Shown here: positions 1-8,968 of the stretch, in pieces
Layout of the letters: every line of letters begins with the position of its first letter
How positions within the stretch are numbered: position 1 is the stretch's first letter
Notes under the pieces: model-generated
Databases searched by the model: none
The model's input: the letters and a program-made list of their open reading frames with translations, nothing else
Told to the model about the DNA's origin: nothing
NCBI GenBank assembly: GCA_035388205.1
Contig: DAOOPK010000002.1
Location: 1 to 34,753, forward strand
Length of the DNA: 34,753 bases
Source: Bacteroidales bacterium
GTDB taxonomy: Bacteria > Bacteroidota > Bacteroidia > Bacteroidales > ML635J-15
Direction: 5' to 3'
Program-made: the position numbers and the translations under genes

Positions 1-32
1 ATTTTTAGCCAATAGTTTTAATACATTTAACC

Positions 33-1067
33 ATGAAAAAATCATTATTCATTTTATCAATTCTTATAGTTTTATTTATTTCTTCGTGCAAGACCACATC
101 AGTATATATTGAAGTTTTAAAACCTGCCGAAATTAATATTCCAGGAAAGCATGAAAAAATAACAGTAATTAACAGAAGTCTGCCCGGAAAAGGAGAAAAA
201 GGAGGTAATTTTTTTGAAGGCTTATTTTCTGGTGAAGGAATACATCAAGATAGAAATGCTTCTGATAACTGTATAAATAACTTTTCGATAACAGTAAACG
301 AAGCTCCAAAGTATTTGACTGTTGTTGGGGATATGTTTGATGTAAGAGGTACTGGAACAAAGGAGTGGCCTTTACCTCTGGATTGGGATACTGTATCAAA
401 AATAACCGATTATTACAAAACAGACTTATTGATAGTTCTCGAGACATTTGATTCTGACACTAGGTATTTTTCGCGAGTGGAAACAAAAACAAAAACTGTT
501 GATGGAGAAAAAATCTCTGTAAATAACTATACCGAAGGTCTCGAAGTGTTTATTGATGCAGGTTGGAGAATTTATGATCCAGCAAAGAAATCAATTCTAG
601 ATCAGAATACTTTTAGAGATGCAAAATTATGGGAATATACTGATGAAAATCAAAGTACTGCTAAAAATAGAATACCATCTAAACGAGATGCTGTTATAGA
701 AGCAGGGGCATTTGCAGGTTTTATGTATGCTAAACGTATTTCTCCTGTTTGGGTAACCGAATCAAGAACACTTTTCCGCACACGAAACGAACAAATGAAG
801 CAAGCAATAGAATATGTCCGTAAAAATAATTGGAAAGATGCTTATCAGATATGGAGCCAATTAAAAACATCAGAAGACCCTAAAATTGCTGCTTATGCAC
901 TTCATAATCTTGCATTATATCACGAATTTAATGACAATGTTGAGCTTGCTTTAAAGTATGCTAATGAAGCTTATAATAAATTCAACAATGACCATACAGC
1001 GAGATATATCAATATTTTGACAGGAAGACAGGCCGAAATAAATAGATTAAATGAACAATTGAAATAG
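33..1067 (+). CDS. Exported lipoprotein of unknown function with C-terminal TPR-like helical repeats
   Basis: 344-aa ORF. N-terminal signal peptide ends in the lipobox-like ISSC (Cys19). The C-terminus has a helical-repeat pattern (WKDAYQIW...AAYALHNLALYH...ALKYANEAY). No family recognised. Confidence 0.6.
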   Translation: MKKSLFILSILIVLFISSCKTTSVYIEVLKPAEINIPGKHEKITVINRSLPGKGEKGGNFFEGLFSGEGIHQDRNASDNCINNFSITVNEAPKYLTVVGDMFDVRGTGTKEWPLPLDWDTVSKITDYYKTDLLIVLETFDSDTRYFSRVETKTKTVDGEKISVNNYTEGLEVFIDAGWRIYDPAKKSILDQNTFRDAKLWEYTDENQSTAKNRIPSKRDAVIEAGAFAGFMYAKRISPVWVTESRTLFRTRNEQMKQAIEYVRKNNWKDAYQIWSQLKTSEDPKIAAYALHNLALYHEFNDNVELALKYANEAYNKFNNDHTARYINILTGRQAEINRLNEQLK

Positions 1068-1377
1068 TTGTTCATTTATAACATACTAAGACTATTTATT
1101 TAATCTATTTTTTAAACGGTTGCTGATATATAGCGTGCGGAAAAGGAATCGCGAATCCACTTGAGTACAAGCTGTGAGCAGAATTTTATAATTTTGTTTT
1201 CATTTTTTCATGTTATAAAAGCCAATTTTTAAATCACGAACACCATTAAAATCATAATATGGTGAATAAATTATATAATTTGGCGGAGGAACGGAAATAC
1301 GATTCCCAGTATTACTTGCATTAAACTCCGTATGGTATATAGGTGTTGTTACAAACTGGTGGTGGTTGTTTATCAAA

Positions 1378-1677
1378 TTAGATTTTAAGTTTCTTTGGGT
1401 TTTGTCTGTTATCAAATATTGAAACAATATTTAGCGTGTCTTGACTAATACTGTAATAAAGAGTAGTTTGTTTTGTTACTACTGATCTACGTACATTATA
1501 ATTTTTAGCTTTTGGAAAAGAATCTGGTTGTGTTTGGATAATTGAAATATGTTTATCAAGCTTTTTTAGAAATTTTTCGATCTCTCTATTTGTCCAATTC
1601 TCTTCCAAATATTTGATAATGCTACTTAAGTTTTTATTGGCTTCTTCTGTCCAAAGAACTTTAGATATATTTTTCAT
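1378..1677 (-). CDS. Type II toxin-antitoxin system toxin, RelE/ParE family
   Basis: 99-aa ORF with the size and sequence pattern of Bacteroidota ParE/RelE plasmid-stabilisation toxins (WTEEA..L..I..YL.....; C-terminal IVSIFDNRQNP). Its start overlaps the upstream small ORF by 17 nt, the typical TA arrangement. Confidence 0.75.
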   Translation of the reverse strand: MKNISKVLWTEEANKNLSSIIKYLEENWTNREIEKFLKKLDKHISIIQTQPDSFPKAKNYNVRRSVVTKQTTLYYSISQDTLNIVSIFDNRQNPKKLKI

Positions 1678-1882
1678 ATTGTTTCATGACGTCAGAGTGA
1701 TTAATAACTTTGTTTTCTGAAATGTCTTTCAATCCTCTTTCAATTGAGTCACGCTCTGCTTGGCTTATTTCAGTCCACCAATCAGACTTTTCCGCAATAC
1801 TTAGAAGTTTGTCAATCATTTGAGTGTCACGCAAATTCATAATCCACTCCATTAGCTGGTATTTCTTTGAATATATGTCCAT
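1661..1882 (-). CDS. Cognate antitoxin (addiction-module component) of the RelE/ParE toxin
   Basis: Small acidic ORF directly upstream of the toxin and overlapping it by 17 nt. I prefer the ATG at 1882 (MDIYSKKYQL...) to the track start at 1918, because the extra 12 codons contain a promoter-like TATTTTTG box. The C-terminal WWTEISQAERDSIERGL...VINHSDVMKQY resembles Bacteroidota antitoxin partners of ParE. Confidence 0.65.
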   Translation of the reverse strand: MDIYSKKYQLMEWIMNLRDTQMIDKLLSIAEKSDWWTEISQAERDSIERGLKDISENKVINHSDVMKQYEKYI

Positions 1883-1896
1883 TTTCGTTCTTTTTA

Positions 1897-1904
1897 CAAA
1901 AATA
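1897..1904 (-). promoter_or_regulatory. Candidate Bacteroidota -7 promoter box (TAnnTTTG) for the TA operon
   Basis: The reverse complement of caaaaata is TATTTTTG, an exact match to the Bacteroidetes -7 consensus TAnnTTTG. It lies 15-22 nt upstream of the ATG at 1882. This is only an 8-nt degenerate match in AT-rich DNA. Confidence 0.3.
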
Positions 1905-2092
1905 CAAATTTCTATCAAACAAAACGGAAACGTGAACTAAAATATTTCTTTTTTAGCAATGTAATTGGGTATTGAGTTGGCTTTTCCCACTTGTTTGTAA
2001 CTACTTTGGAATAGTTTTACCTAATTAAATCAATCTTCACTTCTTAACATTTTCATCAAATTTATGTTTATAGTTATAAAGATTTAACTATT

Positions 2093-3028
2093 ATGAAAAC
2101 CTATACATTTTTACTGCTATTTGTGATAGCGTTTTCGTCAATTAAATGCCAGACAGATATGAAAAATGAATATAATAAATTGACAAAAGAAGAAGAAAAT
2201 GTAATCTTACATAAGGGAACCGAACGACCATATACTGGCGAATATGACAATTTTTATGAAGATGGCACTTATGTTTGTAAAAGATGCAATTCTCCACTTT
2301 ATTATTCCGACAGCAAATTCAATTCCGGCTGTGGATGGCCTGCTTTTGATAGCGAAATTAAAGATGCTGTAAAACGAATACCCGATAAAGACGGTTTAAG
2401 AACTGAAATTGTTTGTGCTAACTGCGGTGCTCATTTAGGACATGTTTTCGAGGGCGAAGCTTTTACCGAAACTAACACTCGCCACTGTGTAAATTCTATT
2501 TCTTTGAAATTTATTCCAAATGATAAGACAACAGAATCTTCTCAAAACTATGAAACTGCAATATTTGCAGCAGGTTGTTTTTGGGGTGTTGAACATCATT
2601 TGAAACTTGCAAAAGGAGTAATTTCAACAGAAGTAGGTTATATTGGAGGCAAAACTAAAAATCCTACTTATAAAGAAGTTTGCTATTTAGAAACAGGACA
2701 TGCCGAAGCTGTAAAAGTTGTTTATGACACAAGTCAGACAAATTTCGAGAGCTTAGCAAAATTGTTCTTCGAAATACATGATCCCGGACAATTAAACCGA
2801 CAAGGGCCGGATGTTGGTTCTCAGTATAGATCCGAGATTTTCCACACAACTCCCGAACAGGCAGAAATTGCTAAAAATCTTATTAAAGTATTAGAATTAA
2901 AGGGTTATAGTGTTGTAACAAAAATAAGTCCTGCTTTAGATTTTTATCCTGCAGAAGATTATCATCAGGATTATTACGATAAAACTAATTCAAATCCTTA
3001 TTGTCATTTTTATCAGAAGAAATTTTAA
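2093..3028 (+). CDS. msrBA: Bifunctional methionine sulfoxide reductase MsrB-MsrA fusion with N-terminal signal peptide
   Basis: The N-terminal half has the MsrB/SelR pattern: two CxxC zinc pairs (CKRC, CANC), GCGWPAF, and the catalytic RHCVNS. The C-terminal half has the MsrA GCFWGVE active-site motif and HDPGQLNRQG. MKTYTFLLLFVIAFSSIKCQ looks like a signal peptide. Confidence 0.92.
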   Translation: MKTYTFLLLFVIAFSSIKCQTDMKNEYNKLTKEEENVILHKGTERPYTGEYDNFYEDGTYVCKRCNSPLYYSDSKFNSGCGWPAFDSEIKDAVKRIPDKDGLRTEIVCANCGAHLGHVFEGEAFTETNTRHCVNSISLKFIPNDKTTESSQNYETAIFAAGCFWGVEHHLKLAKGVISTEVGYIGGKTKNPTYKEVCYLETGHAEAVKVVYDTSQTNFESLAKLFFEIHDPGQLNRQGPDVGSQYRSEIFHTTPEQAEIAKNLIKVLELKGYSVVTKISPALDFYPAEDYHQDYYDKTNSNPYCHFYQKKF

Positions 3029-3046
3029 TGAGTTTGGAGGTTGTTT

Positions 3047-3802
3047 TTAACTTAGCAATTCTACTTCCTTAAAATTATACAAGCGTGTTGTTGATTCTTT
3101 ATCACTGATAATAAGCTGTCCGCTTTCATTAACATTCTTAATATAACCTGAGAATTCTTTGTCCTTGTCCTTAAATTTAGAGAATAAACCAAATCTGTAT
3201 AGCTTTTTGTTATAATATTTTAAAACTGTTGTGAAATTTTTAGATTTAAACTGTTCTAGCTTATCAATTAAAATCTGAGCTATAAGTTTTGCTTCTATAT
3301 CAATATCATAAACGGTATTTTTAATCTGTTTAAGCGATATAGGATTTTTTAATTCTGAAGGAAACTCTGTTTGATTTAAATTTAAACCTACACCAATAAT
3401 AGAGGATTCTATTAAATTGCCATAAATATTGTTTTCAATTAGTATTCCGGCTATTTTTTTATTCTGACAATAAATGTCATTAGGCCACTTAATTTTTACT
3501 TCTATGCCCTTTAAAAGAAGAAATTCGCATATTGACAAAGAGACAATCATATTTAATTTGAAATGTTCTTCAGCTTTTATGTCAGAAAAAACAACCAGAG
3601 AGAAAAGCAAATTTTTACCTGCTTGCGAATGCCATGTATTTTGACCTAGGCCTTTTCCGGAGTTTTGTTGCAGAGTATAGATCAGCGTAGGTTTTTCGAT
3701 TTTTTTATCAGCTATAAGCCCAGCAGCATATTTATTTGTCGAATCTGTTTCTAATAATTTTACTATTTCAATAGTATTTGGTTTTGCTTTTGGTAAAGTC
3801 AT
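3047..3802 (-). CDS. birA: Biotin--[acetyl-CoA-carboxylase] ligase, group I (no N-terminal HTH)
   Basis: 251 aa with ETDSTN, a QQNSGKGLGQNTWHS biotin-binding loop equivalent, KWPNDIY and KIAGILIE motifs. The length implies there is no repressor domain. Confidence 0.85.
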   Translation of the reverse strand: MTLPKAKPNTIEIVKLLETDSTNKYAAGLIADKKIEKPTLIYTLQQNSGKGLGQNTWHSQAGKNLLFSLVVFSDIKAEEHFKLNMIVSLSICEFLLLKGIEVKIKWPNDIYCQNKKIAGILIENNIYGNLIESSIIGVGLNLNQTEFPSELKNPISLKQIKNTVYDIDIEAKLIAQILIDKLEQFKSKNFTTVLKYYNKKLYRFGLFSKFKDKDKEFSGYIKNVNESGQLIISDKESTTRLYNFKEVELLS

Positions 3803-3892
3803 TTATATTAATGTAAAATGCCACTAAGATATGAAGACACAAAGATAGTCAAATTTATCAGAATCTTAATAACTTAGTGGCAAACAAATGTT

Positions 3893-4633
3893 TTATTCGA
3901 AGAAATAGACCAATCCTAATTTCAAACCGCCATATAAGGGGTTAGTTTTAAAATTAACTCTTTCTGAATCTGAGATAAAACTTGTATTTTCTTTATTCAG
4001 ACCCAAACCATTTACTCCTTGCAGGTCTGTAATTATATAATTAAATCTCATTCCAAAATTCAACTTCAGTACGTCTTCAATCAGATTGAAATTTGCTCCA
4101 AAACCCATACAAACACCTATACCTATACCGTTAAAATCAGACTTGACAGCTTTATTTACTTCATTTGAAAAAGTATAAAAATGATCGTTATACCAACCTA
4201 AATTAGCTGTTTCGTCAAAAGTACGAGTATAAGTTGCTTTATTAACGAACTGAAACATCGGGCCAAATTCAAAATAAGAATTTTTCCCGAATTTCATTAA
4301 AATTGGTATATCTGTAGTTTTTAGTACAGTAGAAGCATTGTAATTATTTCTTTCATCTCCTATTACATAATCTATACTGCCTGAATATTTCTGTTCGATT
4401 TTATTTGAATTAAAATTAATTTCCAATCCAAAATTGTCAGAGAAATAATAACCTGCGATTAAACCGTAATAATGACCGAAAGAAGCAGCCACATCCATTT
4501 CGGCACCTTCGTCAAATACCTGTTTATTCATTAACCAGGTACTGTTATAGGCAAAATGACCTCCTAAAGTCAACTGAGCAAAGCTGATTGTCGAAACAGC
4601 CGCAAAAACTAAAATTAAAACTATCTTTTTCAT
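3893..4633 (-). CDS. Small outer-membrane beta-barrel protein (porin-family/OmpA-like barrel)
   Basis: Signal peptide MKKIVLILVFAAVSTISFAQ. Alternating hydrophobic, Gly/aromatic-rich strands and an aromatic-rich C-terminus (GLVYFFE). Confidence 0.6.
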   Translation of the reverse strand: MKKIVLILVFAAVSTISFAQLTLGGHFAYNSTWLMNKQVFDEGAEMDVAASFGHYYGLIAGYYFSDNFGLEINFNSNKIEQKYSGSIDYVIGDERNNYNASTVLKTTDIPILMKFGKNSYFEFGPMFQFVNKATYTRTFDETANLGWYNDHFYTFSNEVNKAVKSDFNGIGIGVCMGFGANFNLIEDVLKLNFGMRFNYIITDLQGVNGLGLNKENTSFISDSERVNFKTNPLYGGLKLGLVYFFE

Positions 4634-4673
4634 ATTAAAACTTTTAAATTAATAAATTATCCAAACTCTTATT

Positions 4674-5813
4674 TTAAAATTCAAAACTATAAAAAATTTC
4701 AATAAAATCAGCCTGAGCTAAATTTACTTTTAAATTTATTCCAACAACAGATTTAAATTCTTCAGCATCAATTATTCTGTATCTTAAACCTAACTTATTG
4801 CTATTTATTGATTTAAGAATATCCTTTGCACCAAATTTATCGCCATAAATTGTTACAAAATATCTGTAAAATGGCTTATAAATATCCAAACCAAGCTCGG
4901 TATATAAGCCAAATTTCCCAAACATAAATTCATGAGCTCCAAATACTGTAACTGCCGAACTTTTCAGAAATGGATCTCCTATATTCAATTCCTGATCAAT
5001 TATAAATTTCTTAAAACTGCCATAATTCAACAAATTAAATCCAAGATAGAACTTATGAATTAAATTTATTTGTTTAGAAATACCAAAACCCAGATCATAA
5101 ACTCTGTATTTAGGTCCATTCGCAGGTTTTGTTGACGAACCATATTCATGCATTCCTACTGCAACAAAAGCAAAATAATTCCAATTATTATTTAATAAAA
5201 TATCTTTCTCATTTTTTTCTAAAATTGATATTTCGTCTAACCTGTATTTATAATAAATATTTACAGCCGGAAGATTCATTCCTATATTCGGCAATTTACA
5301 ATGTCCATTCGAAAAATGTAAAGCGCCCAGACCAAATCCAATAAAACTGTTTTTAACAAATTCAAAATTAAACCCAGCTTCAATATTTGCAATTGCTGTA
5401 AGATGTGAACCAATTAACATGTTCGAAGCGTTATCAGTTACATCATAAACATTAGTGTGATAAGCAATACTCAGACCTGTTTTTAAATTAAAGAATAATT
5501 TATCATTTAATGGTTTTGTAAATAAAAACTGAGGACTTAAACTAAAAAAATATCCATATTCCTTATTGCCCGGATATCCTCCAAAAACTGAAACATAAAA
5601 TGTCGGATAATTATAATATTTATGCCATGATTTTTCACCATTCAAATTTTGTCCAATAGAAAACTCAGCAGCATAGCCCGGTTTTATCGGAGGTAATTTG
5701 CTATAATTACGAACCACATAACAGTTATAAACAGATACTCTATATTCGTTAGTATTTTGTGAAATTAATGAAAAACTGAGAAATAAGAATAATATTAAAT
5801 TAACCAATTTCAT
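4674..5813 (-). CDS. Outer-membrane acyloxyacyl hydrolase / lipid A deacylase (PagL-like) family protein
   Basis: Signal peptide, beta-barrel-like composition and terminal Phe (FYSFEF). The HFSNGH motif resembles the His-x-Ser catalytic motif of PagL-type deacylases. Family assignment is by motif only. Confidence 0.45.
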   Translation of the reverse strand: MKLVNLILFLFLSFSLISQNTNEYRVSVYNCYVVRNYSKLPPIKPGYAAEFSIGQNLNGEKSWHKYYNYPTFYVSVFGGYPGNKEYGYFFSLSPQFLFTKPLNDKLFFNLKTGLSIAYHTNVYDVTDNASNMLIGSHLTAIANIEAGFNFEFVKNSFIGFGLGALHFSNGHCKLPNIGMNLPAVNIYYKYRLDEISILEKNEKDILLNNNWNYFAFVAVGMHEYGSSTKPANGPKYRVYDLGFGISKQINLIHKFYLGFNLLNYGSFKKFIIDQELNIGDPFLKSSAVTVFGAHEFMFGKFGLYTELGLDIYKPFYRYFVTIYGDKFGAKDILKSINSNKLGLRYRIIDAEEFKSVVGINLKVNLAQADFIEIFYSFEF

Positions 5814-5815
5814 TT

Positions 5816-6814
5816 TTACAAACCAAGTTTTGCGGATATTTCCAACATTCGTTTTATTGATTTTTCAGCTTTCAATCTTATTTTTTCATCCACTACAACT
5901 TCGGGTAATTCATATTTGAGACAATTATATAATTTTTCAATTGTGTTTAATTTCATAAAATTACAATCATTACATTCACAAGTAGAATCGAGAGCAGGAG
6001 CGGGAATAAATACTTTTTTCGGACTTGCTTTTTTCATCTGGTGCAAAATTCCTGATTCTGTTGCAACAATATATTTGTTTGATTTGTCAGTTTGTGTAAA
6101 TTTCAACAAACTTGCGGTACTTCCAATATGTTCGGCAACAATAAGCACAGGTTGTTCACATTCGGGATGAGCAATAATTTTAGCATCAGGATTTTCCTTT
6201 TTTAAACGTAAAATTGCTTCCAGATCAAATTGTTTATGTACATGACAGGCTCCATCCCACAATAACATATTTCGACCTGTTACACTGTTTATATAATTTC
6301 CAAGATTCCTGTCAGGGCCAAAAATTATCTTTTCATTTTTAGGAAGACTGTTTACAATTTCTTTTGCATTCGATGAAGTAACAATAATATCTGTTAAAGC
6401 TTTAATATCTGCAGTAGTATTTACATAAGAAATAACAGTATGATCGGGATACTTTTTTACAAACTTCTCAAAATCTTTAGCATCACACGAATCAGCCAAT
6501 GAGCAACCTGCCTTAATATCCGGAATAATTACTTTCTTTTCAGGCGACAATATTTTTGCTGTTTCAGCCATAAAGTGAACACCAAGAAATACAATTATAT
6601 CAGCCTGAATTTTTGCTGCTTGTTGCGACAATTGTAAACTATCACCAACAAAATCAGAAATATCCTGTAAGTCTGCTTCTATATAAAAGTGACCTAGTAT
6701 AATTGCGTTTTTTTCTTTACGCAACTTATTTATTTCTTCTGCCAAATTTATATCTTTGGGGATTGGAATATTTAAAAATCCAAAATTTTTTAAATTCGTT
6801 TTATTCATAATCAT
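5816..6814 (-). CDS. nadA: Quinolinate synthase
   Basis: 332-aa ORF with the typical NadA layout: KEKNAIILGHFY, DFVGDSL, VHFMAETAKIL, conserved Cys ligands (AGCSLADSC, ACHVHK), ATESGILH. Confidence 0.95.
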   Translation of the reverse strand: MIMNKTNLKNFGFLNIPIPKDINLAEEINKLRKEKNAIILGHFYIEADLQDISDFVGDSLQLSQQAAKIQADIIVFLGVHFMAETAKILSPEKKVIIPDIKAGCSLADSCDAKDFEKFVKKYPDHTVISYVNTTADIKALTDIIVTSSNAKEIVNSLPKNEKIIFGPDRNLGNYINSVTGRNMLLWDGACHVHKQFDLEAILRLKKENPDAKIIAHPECEQPVLIVAEHIGSTASLLKFTQTDKSNKYIVATESGILHQMKKASPKKVFIPAPALDSTCECNDCNFMKLNTIEKLYNCLKYELPEVVVDEKIRLKAEKSIKRMLEISAKLGL

Positions 6815-7406
6815 ATTAATTTTATAAATTAATTTAAAAAAATATGATGATTATTAATGTTTGTTAATACTGTTGAAATATTTATTAAAATTTTCATTTT
6901 AGCTATTGCAAAGATGATTTATTATCTTTTATAAACAATGAAAAAATTAAACTTTATTTGATTTTCAGTATTTTAAATTTTTAATTAACAACTGTTAGTA
7001 TTAATTAGTAACCATCAAAAATGATTAAATTTTTGGATTTTGAGTTAATAAATTGGTTAATTAAAAGATAGAAAATTGTTAATTTAATATTTGGAAAATA
7101 GAAAGTATTTTATAATCAGAATTCACTTAGAAAATCCAAATTAATTTTTTTATTTTTTTTCGACAAATATTAACTTTTTTTATAAAAACTGTTAATAATT
7201 TACCATATTGTAAATCAACGATTTAACAATTTTGGACCAAATTAAAGCTATGATTTTCAATAAATTAACAAGAAAAAATAATCTGTTAATAAAAAATGTT
7301 TGGACAAATCTAAGAGGTTGAAATAGACGATTATAGGTAAATTATGAACGCTATTTTACGCTAAATACTTGCATAGTGTTTGTGCCCTAAATTATTATTA
7401 ATAAAG

Positions 7407-8813
7407 TCAGTCAGTTATGATAATTTTCTTTGTTGCAATTATTTTATTGTCCTTAATTAAACGAACCAAATATATTCCGCATGGAAGATTATTACGCGAG
7501 AATGTAAATGTATGTTCACTGACATTTTTTATTTGACTTATAGTCTGTCCAAAAATGTCTTCAATGTTTAATGATATGTTTGTTAAAGGTGGCGTTATTT
7601 GAATAGTTGTTTGTGTGTTAAAAGGATTTGGAAAAATATTAATTTCATTTAAATCAAAGCTAACATTTTTTACAGAATTGGAATTAAGTATTTTAAATCG
7701 CATAATATTTGCATGCCAGCTATTTCCTTCAGAATAAATATGAGGTGGACCATAAGAATTTAAAGTATAATTATCAACATCATATGATACATATAGTGTG
7801 TCATTTACTTTTAAAAGAAATGGTCTATTTGCATTATACTGTGTAGTACCTATTTCAGGGCTGGTTCCAATTATAAATGGTTGGTTATTTGTTATTGTTG
7901 TGTCATATACTTTTGACCAATTAACATCATAAATAGCAACAACAATATTCCCGGATCTATGCTCGTGACCAGAATGATATGAAACGTAATAGTAATTACC
8001 ATCCCAGAGTACTCCTTGACTCCATTGTCCATCATTATTTAAATTGATATTATTAATATAATTCCATGTTGCATCGTATCGATATACATTTAATTTATAC
8101 ACAGTATCAATCATTACAGTAGTTTTAGCACATGTAATAATTTGATAAATGTCATTATTAAATAAACAACTGGCTCCCCATGGAGTATATATTTGATTAA
8201 AAACTGTATCATTTGAAAGTGGGTTAAGATTTAAATCATACTCCCATTTATGTAAACGAGGCAACCAGGTTGCTTGTTGGGTTGGCATTGACGGATGATA
8301 ATATCCAGGTTGTCTGAAAACACCGATCACGAGACGATTATTAGTGTAATCAAACATCATGTCAGCTTGACTGTCGCATGTGTCCAGAGCAAGCACAGTC
8401 GAATTTATAAGATTAAAATCGTCATCATATTTTGATAATCTTAAACTCCAATCATTTGTAGGTGCTATATGGTAATAATATGTTCCAACCATTTGCATTG
8501 CAAAATCACCAGCAGAAAAAGCTCCTGTAAGCGTTCCGTGGTTTCCAGTATATTCAAAATTTGAGTTATACTCTCGCCACCTGAAATACTGCATTGTACC
8601 TGATGTTGTAGGTCTGCCCGCATAAACAACATAAAATTTATTTTTAACCGAATGATGGAATATTCTGCAGAATACACCATTAGAATCTTCAGCATTAGGA
8701 GTCACCTGATAATGATTTAAAAAACTAAGTGAAATTTGAGCATTTACATTCTGTATTGAGATAATAATAATTGAAAGCAATAAAATTGTTCTTGTCAGTA
8801 TGGTGATTTTCAT
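7407..8813 (-). CDS. Secreted protein of unknown function with T9SS (Por) C-terminal sorting domain
   Basis: Signal peptide ending NVNAQ. The C-terminal ~80 aa (INIFPNPFNTQTTIQI...GIYLVRLIKDNKIIATKKIIITD) match the type A T9SS CTD pattern. The Tyr/Asn/Trp-rich body may be a beta-propeller. Confidence 0.8.
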   Translation of the reverse strand: MKITILTRTILLLSIIIISIQNVNAQISLSFLNHYQVTPNAEDSNGVFCRIFHHSVKNKFYVVYAGRPTTSGTMQYFRWREYNSNFEYTGNHGTLTGAFSAGDFAMQMVGTYYYHIAPTNDWSLRLSKYDDDFNLINSTVLALDTCDSQADMMFDYTNNRLVIGVFRQPGYYHPSMPTQQATWLPRLHKWEYDLNLNPLSNDTVFNQIYTPWGASCLFNNDIYQIITCAKTTVMIDTVYKLNVYRYDATWNYINNINLNNDGQWSQGVLWDGNYYYVSYHSGHEHRSGNIVVAIYDVNWSKVYDTTITNNQPFIIGTSPEIGTTQYNANRPFLLKVNDTLYVSYDVDNYTLNSYGPPHIYSEGNSWHANIMRFKILNSNSVKNVSFDLNEINIFPNPFNTQTTIQITPPLTNISLNIEDIFGQTISQIKNVSEHTFTFSRNNLPCGIYLVRLIKDNKIIATKKIIITD

Positions 8814-8968
8814 AACAGTTTTTCTAGTTAATAGTATTTTTTAAGGTTTAAATTGTCAATTAAACTGTATATAAGCATTGACTATAAAACATTGTCGTTA
8901 TAGAGTTTCTCTATAATTTTCATTTTACTTTCATGTCTTTTTCTGTCGGCTCGTGTGTCTGCCGTTTT

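Noticed and set aside
1133-1190. GC-richer patch containing cgcgaatcca, which superficially resembles a tRNA T-loop; also considered as a tRNA-fragment att site.
   Set aside because: No cloverleaf can be drawn. There is no complementary T-stem, acceptor stem or anticodon arm, and the GGTTCGAATCC consensus is not matched.
1200-1427. 75-aa minus-strand ORF overlapping the 3' end of the RelE/ParE toxin gene.
   Set aside because: Its only Met upstream of the last three codons is at the very start, inside the toxin CDS in another frame. It has no recognisable family, signal or start context. It may be a decayed gene remnant, but there is not enough support to call it a CDS or pseudogene.
8899-8917. 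Hairpin ttatagag-ttt-ctctataa followed by TTTT on the + strand.
   Set aside because: No + strand gene ends upstream of it. On the minus strand, downstream of Fic, it lacks a U-tract. The stem is short and AT-rich.
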